Source of the DNA: Arenimonas sp.
GTDB taxonomy: Bacteria; Pseudomonadota; Gammaproteobacteria; Xanthomonadales; Xanthomonadaceae
Length of the DNA: 64,000 nt
Assembly (NCBI GenBank): GCA_041913425.1
Contig: JAYSFF010000002.1
Location: forward strand, 1,565 to 65,564
Direction: 5' to 3'
The notes under the pieces were generated by a model. That model saw nothing but the letters and a program-made list of their open reading frames with translations. It searched no databases and was not told where the DNA came from. This document shows positions 49,383 through 59,858 of the stretch, one piece after another. Position numbers and translations under genes: made by a program. How positions within the stretch are numbered: position 1 is the stretch's first letter; every line of letters starts with the position of its first letter.

Positions 49383-51077
49383 TTATTTGAACCAGGCGCC
49401 CATGGCGTCCAGCGGCAGCGCCGGCGCGCCGATGTTGACCAGCTCGCGCGCCAGTGTCGGCTCGTAGCAGCTGTCCGGGTCCTGCGCGCTGACGTTGCCG
49501 GTCAGCATGCCGGCCATGATCAGCGGCTGCGCCAGATCGGGGTCGCCGCCGCTGAGCACCAGCACCCGCGCCTCGGGATCGCTTTCATCGATGAACGGCT
49601 TCAACCCGCCAACGGCCTGGCATTGGTAGCCCAGCGGGGTGGATTGGATGCCGTATTGCGGCGGCATCAGATAGATCGCGCCGGCGTGCAGGTATTCTTC
49701 GGCTTCGCAGACACGCACCGGAACCGCCGTGACCTTCTGCAACTGGCCGCACAGGCGCTGCAGTTGGCCGTCCGCAAGCTGCTGCGACAACGCCAGGATG
49801 CCGCTGAAGGCCGGAGGTACGGCTTCGACCAGACTGCGCACCGCACCCGGCCCGCCGATGCCGGAGATGGCCAGGTACAGGCGGCCTTCGCTGTCGGCGT
49901 CGGTCTGATCGGCGGCCGGCTGCGTGTCCAGCGCGAGTCCTATGGCCGGCACCGCGACGGCCGGCACGGCGGCAGCCGGCGGCGGCGCGGGCGCTTCGAC
50001 GGCCGGCATGGGGTATCCGTCCTCGACCAGCGAGAACTGCGACAAATCGAATTCGCGCGGCTTCGGCGCCTCCGGCACGGCGGCTACGGCTTCCGGCATC
50101 GAGGCCTGCCGCGCAGCAGGCTCCGGTGCCGGTGCCTCGAGCCCGATGGCGTCGGGTGCCGGGCCGGCATCCGGTGCCAGGCCGATCTCCAGCCGTTCGG
50201 CCTCGGCAATCAACCGCTGCAGGTCATCGTCGGTCGGTTCGACCGCGCCCTCGTCGGGCACGCCGCGCACCGACATGACCGGCGGATCGAAATTATCGGG
50301 CGGCGGCACCGGGGTGAAGTCCACTCCGGCAAGCTCCGGCGCTGCGGATGCCGCCGTCGCGCGGTCTTCGTCGTCGAGACGGAAGGCCGACTGCTCCTGT
50401 TCGCTCAGCGGCTCGAGCTTCTCGAAATTGGCGGCTTTGACCTCGTCCGCGCTGTAGCTGCTGGACAGGTTGCGGTCCAACTGCTGCAGGGCCGCTTCCA
50501 GCTCGTTCGGGTCGAATTCGAGGCTGTCGTATTCGCCGTCGTCCTGCCAGGCCGGCACGGGAGCCGCAGGTTCGACGGCGGCCGGTGGTGCCGCGGGCGG
50601 CTCCTCCGCCTCCGCAACGGATTCGAGACCGGCGGGAACCGTCACCGGCTCGCCGGCCGACACGCCATCCATCGCGGCAACGACCGGCTCCGTCGCCGGC
50701 ATCGGGGGTTCATGCCGGTGCTCGTGCTCGGCGGGCAGCACGCTGCGGCCGAGCAGCTTGGCCGCCAGATGACGGGCCCAGCGGTTGAGGTCCCACCCGC
50801 TCAAGCCGCGCGTGGTTTCGGCGTCGTCGAACAGCACCGTGATGCCGGGCTGGCCGAGCAGGTCGCCGTACGGCTCGAGTTCGAGCTCGATGGTGGGATC
50901 GAGGCTGATCACCAGCCGGTTCGGATTGAGCGTCGCCAGCGCGGACGGGTCGCTCTGCGACGGCGTGCCGACCCAGACCGGCACCGCGCCCAGATCGGAC
51001 AGGGCGGTGACCAGCTGGTCGCGGGCATGTCCCTCATGGCCGAGGACGACGATCCGTTGTGTTCCCGATGCGTTCAT
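49383..51077 (-). CDS. chpB: ChpB, CheB-like protein (degenerate methylesterase domain)
   Basis: Position in the cluster; N-terminal RWARHLAAKL; acidic linker; C-terminal CheB-like segment (GIGGP, LSG, AQDP). Confidence 0.75.
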   Translation of the reverse strand: MNASGTQRIVVLGHEGHARDQLVTALSDLGAVPVWVGTPSQSDPSALATLNPNRLVISLDPTIELELEPYGDLLGQPGITVLFDDAETTRGLSGWDLNRWARHLAAKLLGRSVLPAEHEHRHEPPMPATEPVVAAMDGVSAGEPVTVPAGLESVAEAEEPPAAPPAAVEPAAPVPAWQDDGEYDSLEFDPNELEAALQQLDRNLSSSYSADEVKAANFEKLEPLSEQEQSAFRLDDEDRATAASAAPELAGVDFTPVPPPDNFDPPVMSVRGVPDEGAVEPTDDDLQRLIAEAERLEIGLAPDAGPAPDAIGLEAPAPEPAARQASMPEAVAAVPEAPKPREFDLSQFSLVEDGYPMPAVEAPAPPPAAAVPAVAVPAIGLALDTQPAADQTDADSEGRLYLAISGIGGPGAVRSLVEAVPPAFSGILALSQQLADGQLQRLCGQLQKVTAVPVRVCEAEEYLHAGAIYLMPPQYGIQSTPLGYQCQAVGGLKPFIDESDPEARVLVLSGGDPDLAQPLIMAGMLTGNVSAQDPDSCYEPTLARELVNIGAPALPLDAMGAWFK

Positions 51078-51080
51078 GGA

Positions 51081-54000
51081 CTACTTCTTGAAGACCTCGT
51101 TGACCTGGCGCATCAGCTCGAACTCCTGGTACGGCTTGCCCAGATAGCGCTCGACGCCGAGGTCGAACGCGCGTTGGCGGTGCTTCTCGCCGGTACGCGA
51201 GGTGATCATCATGATCGGCACGTGCTGCAGGCGCGCGTCCGCTTTCATGTTCTGCGCCACTTCATAACCGTCCATGCGCGGCATCTCGATGTCGAGCAGC
51301 ACCAGGTCCGGCACCTGCTCGGCCATCTTCTCGATGGCCTCGACGCCGTCGCGGGCGGTGAGCACTTCGTAGTTGTTGCGTTCCAGGATGCGCGAGGTGA
51401 CCTTGCGCATGGTGATCGAGTCGTCGACCACCATCACCAGCGGCATCGAGCGGCCGGTGCTCTCCACGGCCTGCGCCACCTTCGGCACCTGGCGCGCGGC
51501 GTTATGGCGGACCAGCGGCGCGAGGTCGAGGATGATGACCACGCCGCCGTCGGGCATGATGCTGGCGCCGTACACGCCGGGCACCGAGGTGACCTGCGGG
51601 CCGACCGGCTTGACTACGATTTCCTGGCTGCCGAGCACCTGGTCGACGCAGATCGCGATGCGGTCCTGGCCGGACTTCGACAGCAGCATCGGCATCTGCA
51701 TGCTGCCCACGGCCTTGGCCGCCGGCAGGTCGAGCAGACCGCCGAGGTCGTAGATCTTGTGGCGGTTGCCGGCGTAGTTGAACTCCGGCACCTCGAGCCG
51801 CAGCTTTTCCTCCAGCTCCTCGCGGCCGATGCGGCCCACGCCGTCGACCGAGGCGATCGGGATGGCGAACTGGCTGTCGCCGATCTTGACGAACACCGCC
51901 TTGGTCACCGCCAGATTCAGCGGCAGGCGGATGACGAACTCGGTACCGCGGCCGCCGGTGCTCTGGATGCCCAGGCTGCCGTTGAGGTTGCCGATCTCCT
52001 TGCTGACCACGTCCATGCCGATGCCGCGGCCGGCCAGACGGGTGACGCTGTCGGCGGTGGAGAAGCCGGTCTGGATGATCAAGGCCAGGATCTGCTGTTC
52101 GCCGAGCTCGGCGTCGCCGGAAATCAGGCCGCGCTCGATGGCCTTGCGGCGGATCTGCGCGCTGTCCAGGCCGCGGCCGTCGTCGCGCACGCTGAGCACC
52201 ACCTCGGTGCCTTCCGGCGCGATGCTGATCGACACCGTACCCGTTTCCGGCTTGCCGGCGGCGCGGCGCTGTTCGGGCGTCTCGATGCCGTGCGCCACCG
52301 CGTTGCGCAGCAGATGCTCCAGCGGCGCGATCATGCGGTCGAGCACGGTACGGTCCATTTCGCCGTGCGCGCCGTCGACGCGCAGTTCGACCTGCTTGCC
52401 GGCGTCCTGCGCGGCCTGACGCAGCACGCGGCGCAGGCGCGGCAGCAGGGTTTCGAACGGCAACATGCGCGTGCGCATCAGGCCTTCCTGCAGCTCCGAG
52501 CTCACCCGCGACTGCTGCAGCAGCAACGATTCGTGGTGGCGGGTCAGGTCGTCGAGCGTGGCCTGCAGGTTGATCAGGTCGTTCGAGGATTCCGCCAGCG
52601 AACGCGACAGCTGCTGCTGGGTGGTGAAGCGGTCCAGCTCGAGCGGGTCGAAGTCCTTGTTGCCCTGGTCGGCCTCGCGGATGTTGCGCGCCGCGATCTG
52701 CGCTTCGGTCTCGATGTCGAGGCGGCGCAACTGCTCGCGCAGGCGCGAAGTGGTCTGGTCGAGTTCGACCAGGTTGGTCTTGAACTGGGTCAGCTGCTGT
52801 TCCAGGCGGGCGCGGTAGATGGCGACCTCGCCGGCGAAGTTGACCAGCTGGTCGAGCAGGTCGGCGCGGATGCGCACCACTTCCTGCGGCGTGCGCAGGC
52901 CTTCGTCGGCGTCCAGGTCCTGGACTTCGATCGGTCCGGACAGCGGCTTGAGTCCGCCTGCCGCTTCGGCGCCGTCGGCGGCCGAAGACGTGCCGGCGGC
53001 GGCTTGAGCTCCGGCAAGCCCGGTTTCGAGCAGACGCATATGACGCTCCGGCGCCTCCGGCGCGCGCCGCTCTTCCACGCTGTGGCTCATCCGGTGCAGG
53101 GCGTCGAGCGACTGCTCGATGACCGCGATGCGGCCGGCGTCCGGCACCGTACCGGTATCGGCGCTGTGCTGGATGAAGCTTTCCAGGCTATGGCTGAGTT
53201 CGCCGATGCCGAACAGGCCGGCCATGCGGGCGCCGCCCTTGAGCGTATGCAGGTTGCGCTGCAGGCCGAACAGCGGCTCCATGCCGGATCCGGCCTGCTT
53301 CAGCGCGACCAGCAGGTTGTCGCTCTGGTCGAGCAGGTCCTTGGCCTCTTCGGTGAAGATGTCGAGCAGTTCCTCGTCCAGGCCGTGCATGTCCAAGGCC
53401 GGAGCAGCGGCCTCATCAGCCGGCGCAATGGTTTCTTCGGGCGCTTCCGCCGCGACCGCCGGCGGCGCTTCGGGCTCCAATACGGGCGGCTCCGGCTCGG
53501 CCGGCGTTTCAATGCTTTCCGCTGCCGGCTCGTCGGCGCGGTAATTCGGGTCGGTCAGGCGCTCCAGCTCTTCCATGCTCAAGCCGTCCAGACCATCGGC
53601 TTCCATCACTTCGATAGCGGCGGCAGCTTCGGCGGCGGCAGCTTCGGCGGCGGCAGCTTCGGCGGCGGCAGCTTCGGCGGCAGCGGCTTCGGCGGCAGCA
53701 GCTTCGGCGGCAGCAGCTTCGGCGGCAGCGGCTTCGGCGGCAGCAGCTTCGGCACTCAAGCGCTCGGCCAACAGGCGCTGCGTTTCGAGATGCTCGGCTT
53801 CAAGGCGGGCAGCCTCGATGCGCTCCGCTTCAATGCGCTCCGCCTCGAGCTGTTCGGCCTCAAGGCGCTGCGCCTCGATATCGGCCATGGCGGCCGGTGT
53901 CGGCACGGAGAGCGGAATATCCGGCAGGCGGTCGCGCAAGATGGCGATCCAGGCCTCGAGATCCGGATAGGTGGACGGCGGCGTGTTGGCGCTCAGGTCG

Positions 54001-56663
54001 TCCAAAGTGGCTTGCACGGCATCGGCCACTTGCGCCAAGCCGGCCAGCATTTCCGGGTCGGCGCCGGCGTGATGCGCGATACCGCGCCGCACCAGGGCCT
54101 CGGCCGGCGCCAGGACGCCGGCGAGCGTGCCGACTTCCGACATCGCGAACGCGCCGTTCATGGTGTGGATGGCGCGGAACACGGCATCCTCGAATTCGGC
54201 ATGGCCGGAGGCGGCCGAACGCGTCAGCCAGGCGTTCAGGGTCTCGAGATGGCCGCCAATCTCCGGGCGCAGGATTTCCAACAGCACCGGATCGATGATT
54301 GGCTCGGCCGACGCGGGCGGCTGCGGCATTTCGACCGGGATTTCTTCCGCCGGCATCGCGGCAACTTCCGGTTCGCCGGCGGGAATGACCGAAGCCGGCT
54401 TCGGCTGGTAAACCACGTCTTCGCCGGCGGCCAGGCGTTCGGCGACATCGCACAGACCCTGCATGTCTACCGTCGCGTGTTCGCCCAGCAGGGCTTTCTG
54501 GAAACGCGGCAGCGTATCCACCGCGGTGCCGACCATGGCCAGCACGGCGGCGCTAGGCGGACGTGATCCGTCGAGCACGCGGTTCAGCAGGCTCTCGATC
54601 TTCCAGCTGAATTCGCTCAGGGCCTTGGCCCCGACCAGGCGGCCGCTGCCCTTGAGCGTATGGAACACGCGCCGGATCGGGCGCACCAGCTCGATGTTGT
54701 CCGGATCGCCGCGCCAGTCGGCGTAGAAGCCGTCCAGATTCGTACGCTCTTCGGCAAATTCCTCGAGGAAGATTTCCCGGATCTCATCGTCGATGCCTTC
54801 GGCCTCCATGTCGAACCCGGGCACGGCATCGCCGTGCGCATCGGACGGCGGCACCGTAATCACGGGCGCCATGACGGGAGTCGGCTGCGGTGTTTCCGGC
54901 ACGGGCGCGGGCACGGATTCGGCCATGACCGGAGCCGCAACCGGCGTCGGCGCGGACGGGGCATGCGCGGCCTGTTCGGGCAAGGGCCAATATTTCAAGG
55001 CTTCCAGGCCTTTTTCGGTGATGTCGAGAATGCGTTCGCGGTTGGGACGGCGGTCGCGCACGGATTCCAGGTAGTACTCGATGCTGGCCAGCACCTCGGC
55101 CAGGCGCTCCATCTGCTCGGCGCCGGGAATGCCTTGGCGCTGGATCAACTCGATGCGGGTGTAGGCGCTCACGGCGTCGATGTAGTTCGAGACCGGCGTG
55201 TACTCCAGGATCGCGAGGGCGCCGGACACCTGCTTGAGCAGGCCCGGAATCGGTTCCAGCTGCTGGTGGTCCCAATAGCTCTCGACGAAGGCGACGAAGG
55301 CCTGGCGGACCTGCAGGAAATTGACGATCGACTCGCGGATCAGCGCGTCCAGCAACTGGTGCGACTGCGCGGAGGACAGGAACTCGCCGGCCATCTGGGC
55401 CTGGCGCGAGGCCGCGCTTTCGCCGCCGTGCTGGTCGAGCATCGACTCGACCGACAGCAGCGACTTGGCGATCTCCATCAGCTCGGCGTCGCTGAGCGCG
55501 CTGCGGCCTTCGACGTAGGCGCGGATGGTCTCGCGGTTTTCATGGATGTGGCGGCGGGCGCCCTCGGCGTCGATCAGCGCCAGCGTGTTTTCAACGCGGG
55601 TCAGCACGTCGAGCACGGCCGCCATGTCGGCGGGATTCTTGTCGGACTGGCGGATCGCCATGTCCAGGCTGTCCTTGACCTTGAGGATGTCCTCCTTGAT
55701 CACCGCCGCGACGCTGTCGAGCAGGGCGTTGTTGCGCCCGAGCAGGCTGCTCTTGGCGTGCCGGATCTCGTCCTCGTCGGGCACCAGCGAGGCCAGCTCG
55801 AAAGCCGCCTCGACTTCGGCCAGGCGGTCCGTGGCCGACCCGTTGCGGGACACGAAGTACAGCAGTTCCTGGGTGATGCGGACCGGCGACAGCTGGCGGA
55901 TTTCGCCGATGCCGCGGTTGTTGAGGTGGTTGACCTCCTGGTCGACCTTGGTCAGCGACCGCTTCAGCGCCGCATCGGCGGCGATGGCGCCGCCGGCCAA
56001 AGCGTCAAGCAGCGCCGAGGCGACCCAGAACAGCTTGCGGTCGGCGTCGTCGCGCGACTGCGCGGCGATGCGCAGGCAGACCTCGCCCAGGTTGCCGGCG
56101 GCCTGCGGGTCGTCGGCGGCCAGCCAACGCTGCAGATGGGCCTGGAACTGCAGCGACAGTCCGGCGATATCCTCGCCGGCGGCCGCGGCCTGGATGCGCG
56201 CCACCGCGGCGCCCGGCAACGGGTGCTGGGTCGGCGCCGAATACACGGACTCCTCGCCCAGGGCCGGCTCGCCGCGGATCGAACGCAGTTCGTTGATCAG
56301 CGGCAACAGCACCACGGGCACGTCGCGGTTGCCGTTCTGCAGGCGCTCCAGATAATCCGGCAGCTGCACGATGCACTGCATCAGCAGAGTGTAGGCGTTG
56401 TCGCCGCCCGGCACCGAGGCGTCGGCCAGACCGGCCGCAAGCTGCTCCATTTCCTCGGCCAACCGGGCCGCGCCGGTCAGCTCGACCATGCCCAAGGTGC
56501 CCGCAGCCTGGTGCAGATGGCCGAAGCATTCACGCAACGCGCCCGGACCCTCGCCCTCTTCGGCGAAACGTTCGAGCGCGGCGCGGGCCTGCTGCAGCGT
56601 GCCATCCAGCTCGGGCTTGAGCCAGGTCAGGACGGTGACATCGATGGGACTGAGAGATTTCAT
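51081..56663 (-). CDS. chpA: ChpA/PilL multi-Hpt CheA-like hybrid kinase
   Basis: Hpt motifs FHTLKGSG, IHTMNG and LHTLKGGA; HLLRNAVAHG, DDGRG and GRGIGMDVV; CheW domain; C-terminal REC. Confidence 0.94.
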   Translation of the reverse strand: MKSLSPIDVTVLTWLKPELDGTLQQARAALERFAEEGEGPGALRECFGHLHQAAGTLGMVELTGAARLAEEMEQLAAGLADASVPGGDNAYTLLMQCIVQLPDYLERLQNGNRDVPVVLLPLINELRSIRGEPALGEESVYSAPTQHPLPGAAVARIQAAAAGEDIAGLSLQFQAHLQRWLAADDPQAAGNLGEVCLRIAAQSRDDADRKLFWVASALLDALAGGAIAADAALKRSLTKVDQEVNHLNNRGIGEIRQLSPVRITQELLYFVSRNGSATDRLAEVEAAFELASLVPDEDEIRHAKSSLLGRNNALLDSVAAVIKEDILKVKDSLDMAIRQSDKNPADMAAVLDVLTRVENTLALIDAEGARRHIHENRETIRAYVEGRSALSDAELMEIAKSLLSVESMLDQHGGESAASRQAQMAGEFLSSAQSHQLLDALIRESIVNFLQVRQAFVAFVESYWDHQQLEPIPGLLKQVSGALAILEYTPVSNYIDAVSAYTRIELIQRQGIPGAEQMERLAEVLASIEYYLESVRDRRPNRERILDITEKGLEALKYWPLPEQAAHAPSAPTPVAAPVMAESVPAPVPETPQPTPVMAPVITVPPSDAHGDAVPGFDMEAEGIDDEIREIFLEEFAEERTNLDGFYADWRGDPDNIELVRPIRRVFHTLKGSGRLVGAKALSEFSWKIESLLNRVLDGSRPPSAAVLAMVGTAVDTLPRFQKALLGEHATVDMQGLCDVAERLAAGEDVVYQPKPASVIPAGEPEVAAMPAEEIPVEMPQPPASAEPIIDPVLLEILRPEIGGHLETLNAWLTRSAASGHAEFEDAVFRAIHTMNGAFAMSEVGTLAGVLAPAEALVRRGIAHHAGADPEMLAGLAQVADAVQATLDDLSANTPPSTYPDLEAWIAILRDRLPDIPLSVPTPAAMADIEAQRLEAEQLEAERIEAERIEAARLEAEHLETQRLLAERLSAEAAAAEAAAAEAAAAEAAAAEAAAAEAAAAEAAAAEAAAAEAAAAIEVMEADGLDGLSMEELERLTDPNYRADEPAAESIETPAEPEPPVLEPEAPPAVAAEAPEETIAPADEAAAPALDMHGLDEELLDIFTEEAKDLLDQSDNLLVALKQAGSGMEPLFGLQRNLHTLKGGARMAGLFGIGELSHSLESFIQHSADTGTVPDAGRIAVIEQSLDALHRMSHSVEERRAPEAPERHMRLLETGLAGAQAAAGTSSAADGAEAAGGLKPLSGPIEVQDLDADEGLRTPQEVVRIRADLLDQLVNFAGEVAIYRARLEQQLTQFKTNLVELDQTTSRLREQLRRLDIETEAQIAARNIREADQGNKDFDPLELDRFTTQQQLSRSLAESSNDLINLQATLDDLTRHHESLLLQQSRVSSELQEGLMRTRMLPFETLLPRLRRVLRQAAQDAGKQVELRVDGAHGEMDRTVLDRMIAPLEHLLRNAVAHGIETPEQRRAAGKPETGTVSISIAPEGTEVVLSVRDDGRGLDSAQIRRKAIERGLISGDAELGEQQILALIIQTGFSTADSVTRLAGRGIGMDVVSKEIGNLNGSLGIQSTGGRGTEFVIRLPLNLAVTKAVFVKIGDSQFAIPIASVDGVGRIGREELEEKLRLEVPEFNYAGNRHKIYDLGGLLDLPAAKAVGSMQMPMLLSKSGQDRIAICVDQVLGSQEIVVKPVGPQVTSVPGVYGASIMPDGGVVIILDLAPLVRHNAARQVPKVAQAVESTGRSMPLVMVVDDSITMRKVTSRILERNNYEVLTARDGVEAIEKMAEQVPDLVLLDIEMPRMDGYEVAQNMKADARLQHVPIMMITSRTGEKHRQRAFDLGVERYLGKPYQEFELMRQVNEVFKK
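53616..53750. repeat. 15-bp coding tandem repeat (9 copies) encoding (EAAAA)9 in ChpA
   Basis: Plus-strand unit GGCGGC(G/A)GC(A/G)GCTTC; adjoined (53754-53880) by about 8 degenerate EAERL/I pentads. Confidence 0.95.
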
Positions 56664-56721
56664 GCAGAACCTTGGCGGAATCGTGTTCGGACGGCCGGCG
56701 GGCCGATGCGCGTCTCGGCGG

Positions 56722-58731
56722 TCAGCCCGGCAGCTTGAAGTTGGCCACCGAGCGGCGCAGATCCGCCGCCAGCTTGGCCAAGTTGCCGACCGACTCGGCC
56801 GTGTGGCCGGCGCCCTGCGAGGTCTGCTTGGTGATCTCCTGAATCACGGCCATGGCTTCGGTGATGCCGCCCGCGGCCTGCGACTGCTCCTTGGAGGCGT
56901 GCGAGATGTCCTGAATCAGCTTCGACAGGTCGCCCGACACGGTTTCGATCTCGCCCAACGCCAGACCGGCGTCCTCGGCCAGGCGCGCGCCGGCCACCAC
57001 TTCCGCGGTGGTCTGCTCCATCGAGTTGACCGCTTCGTTGGTGTCGGACTGAATGGTCTGCACCAGGGTCTCGATGCGCTTGGTCGCGTTCGAGGCGCGC
57101 TCGGCCAGGCGCTGCACTTCGTCGGCCACCACCGCGAAGCCGCGGCCGGCCTCGCCGGCGGAGGCCGCCTGGATGGCCGCGTTCAGCGAGAGGATGTTGG
57201 TCTGTTCGGCGATGTCGTTGATCAGCTCGATGATCGAGCCGATCTCCTGCGAGCTCTCGCCCAGGCGCTTGATGCGCTTGGCGGTCTCCTGGATCTGGCC
57301 GCGGATGTTGTCCATGCCGTGGATGGTCTGGCGCACCACGTCGGCGCCCTTGGACGCGATCTGCACCGAGCGCATGGCCACGTCGGCGGATTCGGCCGAA
57401 CGGCGCGAGACGTCGTCGATGTTCGACGCGATGACGGTGATCTGGCGCGAGGCCGATTCAATCTGCAGCGCCTGCTGCTCGGCCGCTTCGGCCAGCTGGG
57501 CGGCGGTGGCCTGGGTCTCCTGGGCCGACGACGACACCTGCACCGAGGTGTCGTTGATGGTGCCGACCAGCAGGCGCATCTCGTCCACGGTGTTGTTGAT
57601 GGCGTCCGCGATGGCGCCGGTGAAGTCCTCGGTCACGGTGGCCTTGGTGGTCAGGTCGCCGTTCGACAGCGGGTCGATCTCGTCGAGCAGGCGCATGATC
57701 GCCTGCTGCTGCTGCTGGTTGGTCTCCTTGGACTTGGACAGCTGCACGGTCTGGGTGCGGAAGATGCTGAGCAGCAGGAACACGATGCTCAGCAGCGCGG
57801 CGCCGGCGGAGCCCAGGGTGATGTAGGTGTTCGGGAAGGCGCGGCGCAGGTTGATGTTGTCGTAGGCCTTGTACAGGTTCTCGCTGTCCTCCAGGAACAC
57901 CGCGGCGTCGAGCGAGATGGCGCTTTCGGCCTGATGCACCTCGAACAGGTTGCTGGAGGCGTCCAGCACGGCCTTGATCTCCTTTTCGGCCTGCGCGAAC
58001 AGCTGCTCGGCGGCGACCACCGAGTTCATCGCGGCCGGCGACGCTACCGGCGCCACGTTCCAGTCCGGGTTGCCGGACTTCAGGCCGGCCAGCACCTGCG
58101 AGAAGGCCGCGGTGTCGCGCGACAGCGCGTCGGCGGCGGACACCGACTTCTCGCCGCCGGCGACCACTTCGGTCACGCGCCGGGCCATGCGGTCGACCAG
58201 CACGATCTGGCGGTTGGCCAGGTTGATCTGCTGCGCCGGCGCGTTGTAGTCGGACATGGCGTTCACCACCTCGCTCAGGCGCGAGGACAGCTGCGGCACG
58301 CGGGCGTTGAACTGGTTGGCGGTGTTGGACAGCGACACCAGCTCCTTCTCGCTCTTCAGGATCTGGTCGGCGTTGCCCGAGATCGTCTTCCAGGTCTTGT
58401 TGACCTGGGCCAGCGCGCCCTGGGCGCCGAGCGCGTTGTGGCTCTTGTTGAGCGTGGCCACGATTTCGGCGACGCGCTCCTTGGTGGCCTTGAATTCGGC
58501 GAACGAATCGGCGTTGCCGGCGGCGGACTCCTTGGAATAGTTCGCCAGCTTCTGCGACAGCACCTGCAGCTCGGAGCTGAGCGCGCGCGCCTGGTTCTCG
58601 CGGGCGCTGTAGTAGTTCGACGCGAAGAAGTTGGCCGCGAACACCGCGACGGCCAGGATCAGGACCAAGGACCAGAACTTGAGGCTGAAGCTGCCGAGCT
58701 TGTCGGCCACGGAACGGAATTTAGTGCTCAT
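56722..58731 (-). CDS. pilJ: Methyl-accepting chemotaxis protein PilJ
   Basis: Two TM helices, [37 protein letters not shown]. Confidence 0.94.
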   Translation of the reverse strand: MSTKFRSVADKLGSFSLKFWSLVLILAVAVFAANFFASNYYSARENQARALSSELQVLSQKLANYSKESAAGNADSFAEFKATKERVAEIVATLNKSHNALGAQGALAQVNKTWKTISGNADQILKSEKELVSLSNTANQFNARVPQLSSRLSEVVNAMSDYNAPAQQINLANRQIVLVDRMARRVTEVVAGGEKSVSAADALSRDTAAFSQVLAGLKSGNPDWNVAPVASPAAMNSVVAAEQLFAQAEKEIKAVLDASSNLFEVHQAESAISLDAAVFLEDSENLYKAYDNINLRRAFPNTYITLGSAGAALLSIVFLLLSIFRTQTVQLSKSKETNQQQQQAIMRLLDEIDPLSNGDLTTKATVTEDFTGAIADAINNTVDEMRLLVGTINDTSVQVSSSAQETQATAAQLAEAAEQQALQIESASRQITVIASNIDDVSRRSAESADVAMRSVQIASKGADVVRQTIHGMDNIRGQIQETAKRIKRLGESSQEIGSIIELINDIAEQTNILSLNAAIQAASAGEAGRGFAVVADEVQRLAERASNATKRIETLVQTIQSDTNEAVNSMEQTTAEVVAGARLAEDAGLALGEIETVSGDLSKLIQDISHASKEQSQAAGGITEAMAVIQEITKQTSQGAGHTAESVGNLAKLAADLRRSVANFKLPG

Positions 58732-58770
58732 GATGCTGTGTTTTCCCCTAACGATTTTTTGTCGCCGCGC

Positions 58771-59310
58771 TCAGGCCGCGGCTTGCCTGAACTCCGGTGT
58801 CCTGGTCAACAGATCCATGTCGAAGACCCCCCATGTCTTGCCGGCCGCCGCGTAAGCCTTGGCCACGAAATGGCCCAGCCGCCCTTCGCGGAAGGCGTCC
58901 GCGCCGTCGGCCAGCTGCGAATCGTTGAAGAAACGCTGGCCAAACAGCTCGTCGACCACCACGGCGACCATGCCGCCGGGCTGTTGCACCACCAGCATGC
59001 GCTGGCCCTCGTGGATCAGGGTGCGCTCGCCGAAGATGAACAGCTTGAAGTCGACGATCGGCAGCAGGTTGCCGCGCGAGTTGGCCACGCCCAGCAGCCA
59101 GGGCTCGCTGCGCGGCACCGGCGTCATCGGCGGGATGCCGGTGATTTCGATGACCTGGTCGAAGGCCGAGACCAGCAGATGCGGACCGAGCCGGTAGGCG
59201 ACGGCGCGCCAGTGGCCGGGCTCCTCCGAGACTTCCGGCGCCGCGGCGACATGCGCGATCGAGCGCCGTTCGTAATCCTGCAACCGGGCGAATGCGGTCT
59301 GGACGGCCAT
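58771..59310 (-). CDS. pilI: CheW-like protein PilI
   Basis: PVPRSEPWLLGVANSRGNLLP and VDELFGQR motifs. Confidence 0.92.
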   Translation of the reverse strand: MAVQTAFARLQDYERRSIAHVAAAPEVSEEPGHWRAVAYRLGPHLLVSAFDQVIEITGIPPMTPVPRSEPWLLGVANSRGNLLPIVDFKLFIFGERTLIHEGQRMLVVQQPGGMVAVVVDELFGQRFFNDSQLADGADAFREGRLGHFVAKAYAAAGKTWGVFDMDLLTRTPEFRQAAA

Positions 59311-59314
59311 GGCG

Positions 59315-59710
59315 TCAGGCCTTCAAGGCGGGCACGAACCGGCGGATGGCCGACAGCAGTTCGTCACGGGTGAACGGTTTGGTCAGGTACTGTTCGGCGC
59401 CGACCACGCGGCCCTTGGCCTTGTCGAACAGGCCGTCCTTGGACGACAGCATGATCACCGGCGTGTTCTTGAACTGCTGGTTGTTCTTGATCAGGGCGCA
59501 GGTCTGGTAGCCGTCCAGGCGGGGCATCATGATGTCGACGAAGATGATGTGCGGCTGCTGGTCGGCGATCATCGCCAAGGCCTCGAAGCCGTCGACGGCG
59601 GTCAGCACCGTGCAGCCCTCCTTGGCCAACAGGGTCTCGGCCGTGCGGCGGATGGTCTTGGAGTCGTCCACGACCATGACCCGCAAGCCCTTGAGTTCTG
59701 CACTATCCAT
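59315..59710 (-). CDS. pilG: Twitching motility response regulator PilG
   Basis: DDSKTIRRTAETLL, DIMMPRLDGYQTCALIK and LSSKDGLFDKAKGR, PilG-specific. Confidence 0.96.
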   Translation of the reverse strand: MDSAELKGLRVMVVDDSKTIRRTAETLLAKEGCTVLTAVDGFEALAMIADQQPHIIFVDIMMPRLDGYQTCALIKNNQQFKNTPVIMLSSKDGLFDKAKGRVVGAEQYLTKPFTRDELLSAIRRFVPALKA

Positions 59711-59858
59711 CAAAATCCCCAAAAAACGTCTCTTGTTCGCCTGTCGGCGGCGGAAACACGTACTCTGCCATAATAAGGGCCGGAATCGGATTTCGCCAAG
59801 TCCTTTTTCCGCCGCCCAATCTAGCATACCCACCCCGTCCGGACAGCGAGCCGAACTC

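Noticed and set aside
53616-53750. Possible CRISPR or non-coding array
   Set aside because: There are no spacers; it is an in-frame coding tandem repeat.
49293-54566. 1757-aa plus-strand ORF with GGSSF repeats
   Set aside because: It is the antisense shadow of chpB/chpA in high-GC DNA. The repeats are the reverse complement of the EAAAA array.
56398-59373. 991-aa plus-strand ORF, and similar long shadows at 3626-5923, 34865-37303, 13707-15707 and 9998-12010
   Set aside because: They fully overlap well-supported genes on the opposite strand and have no recognisable motifs.
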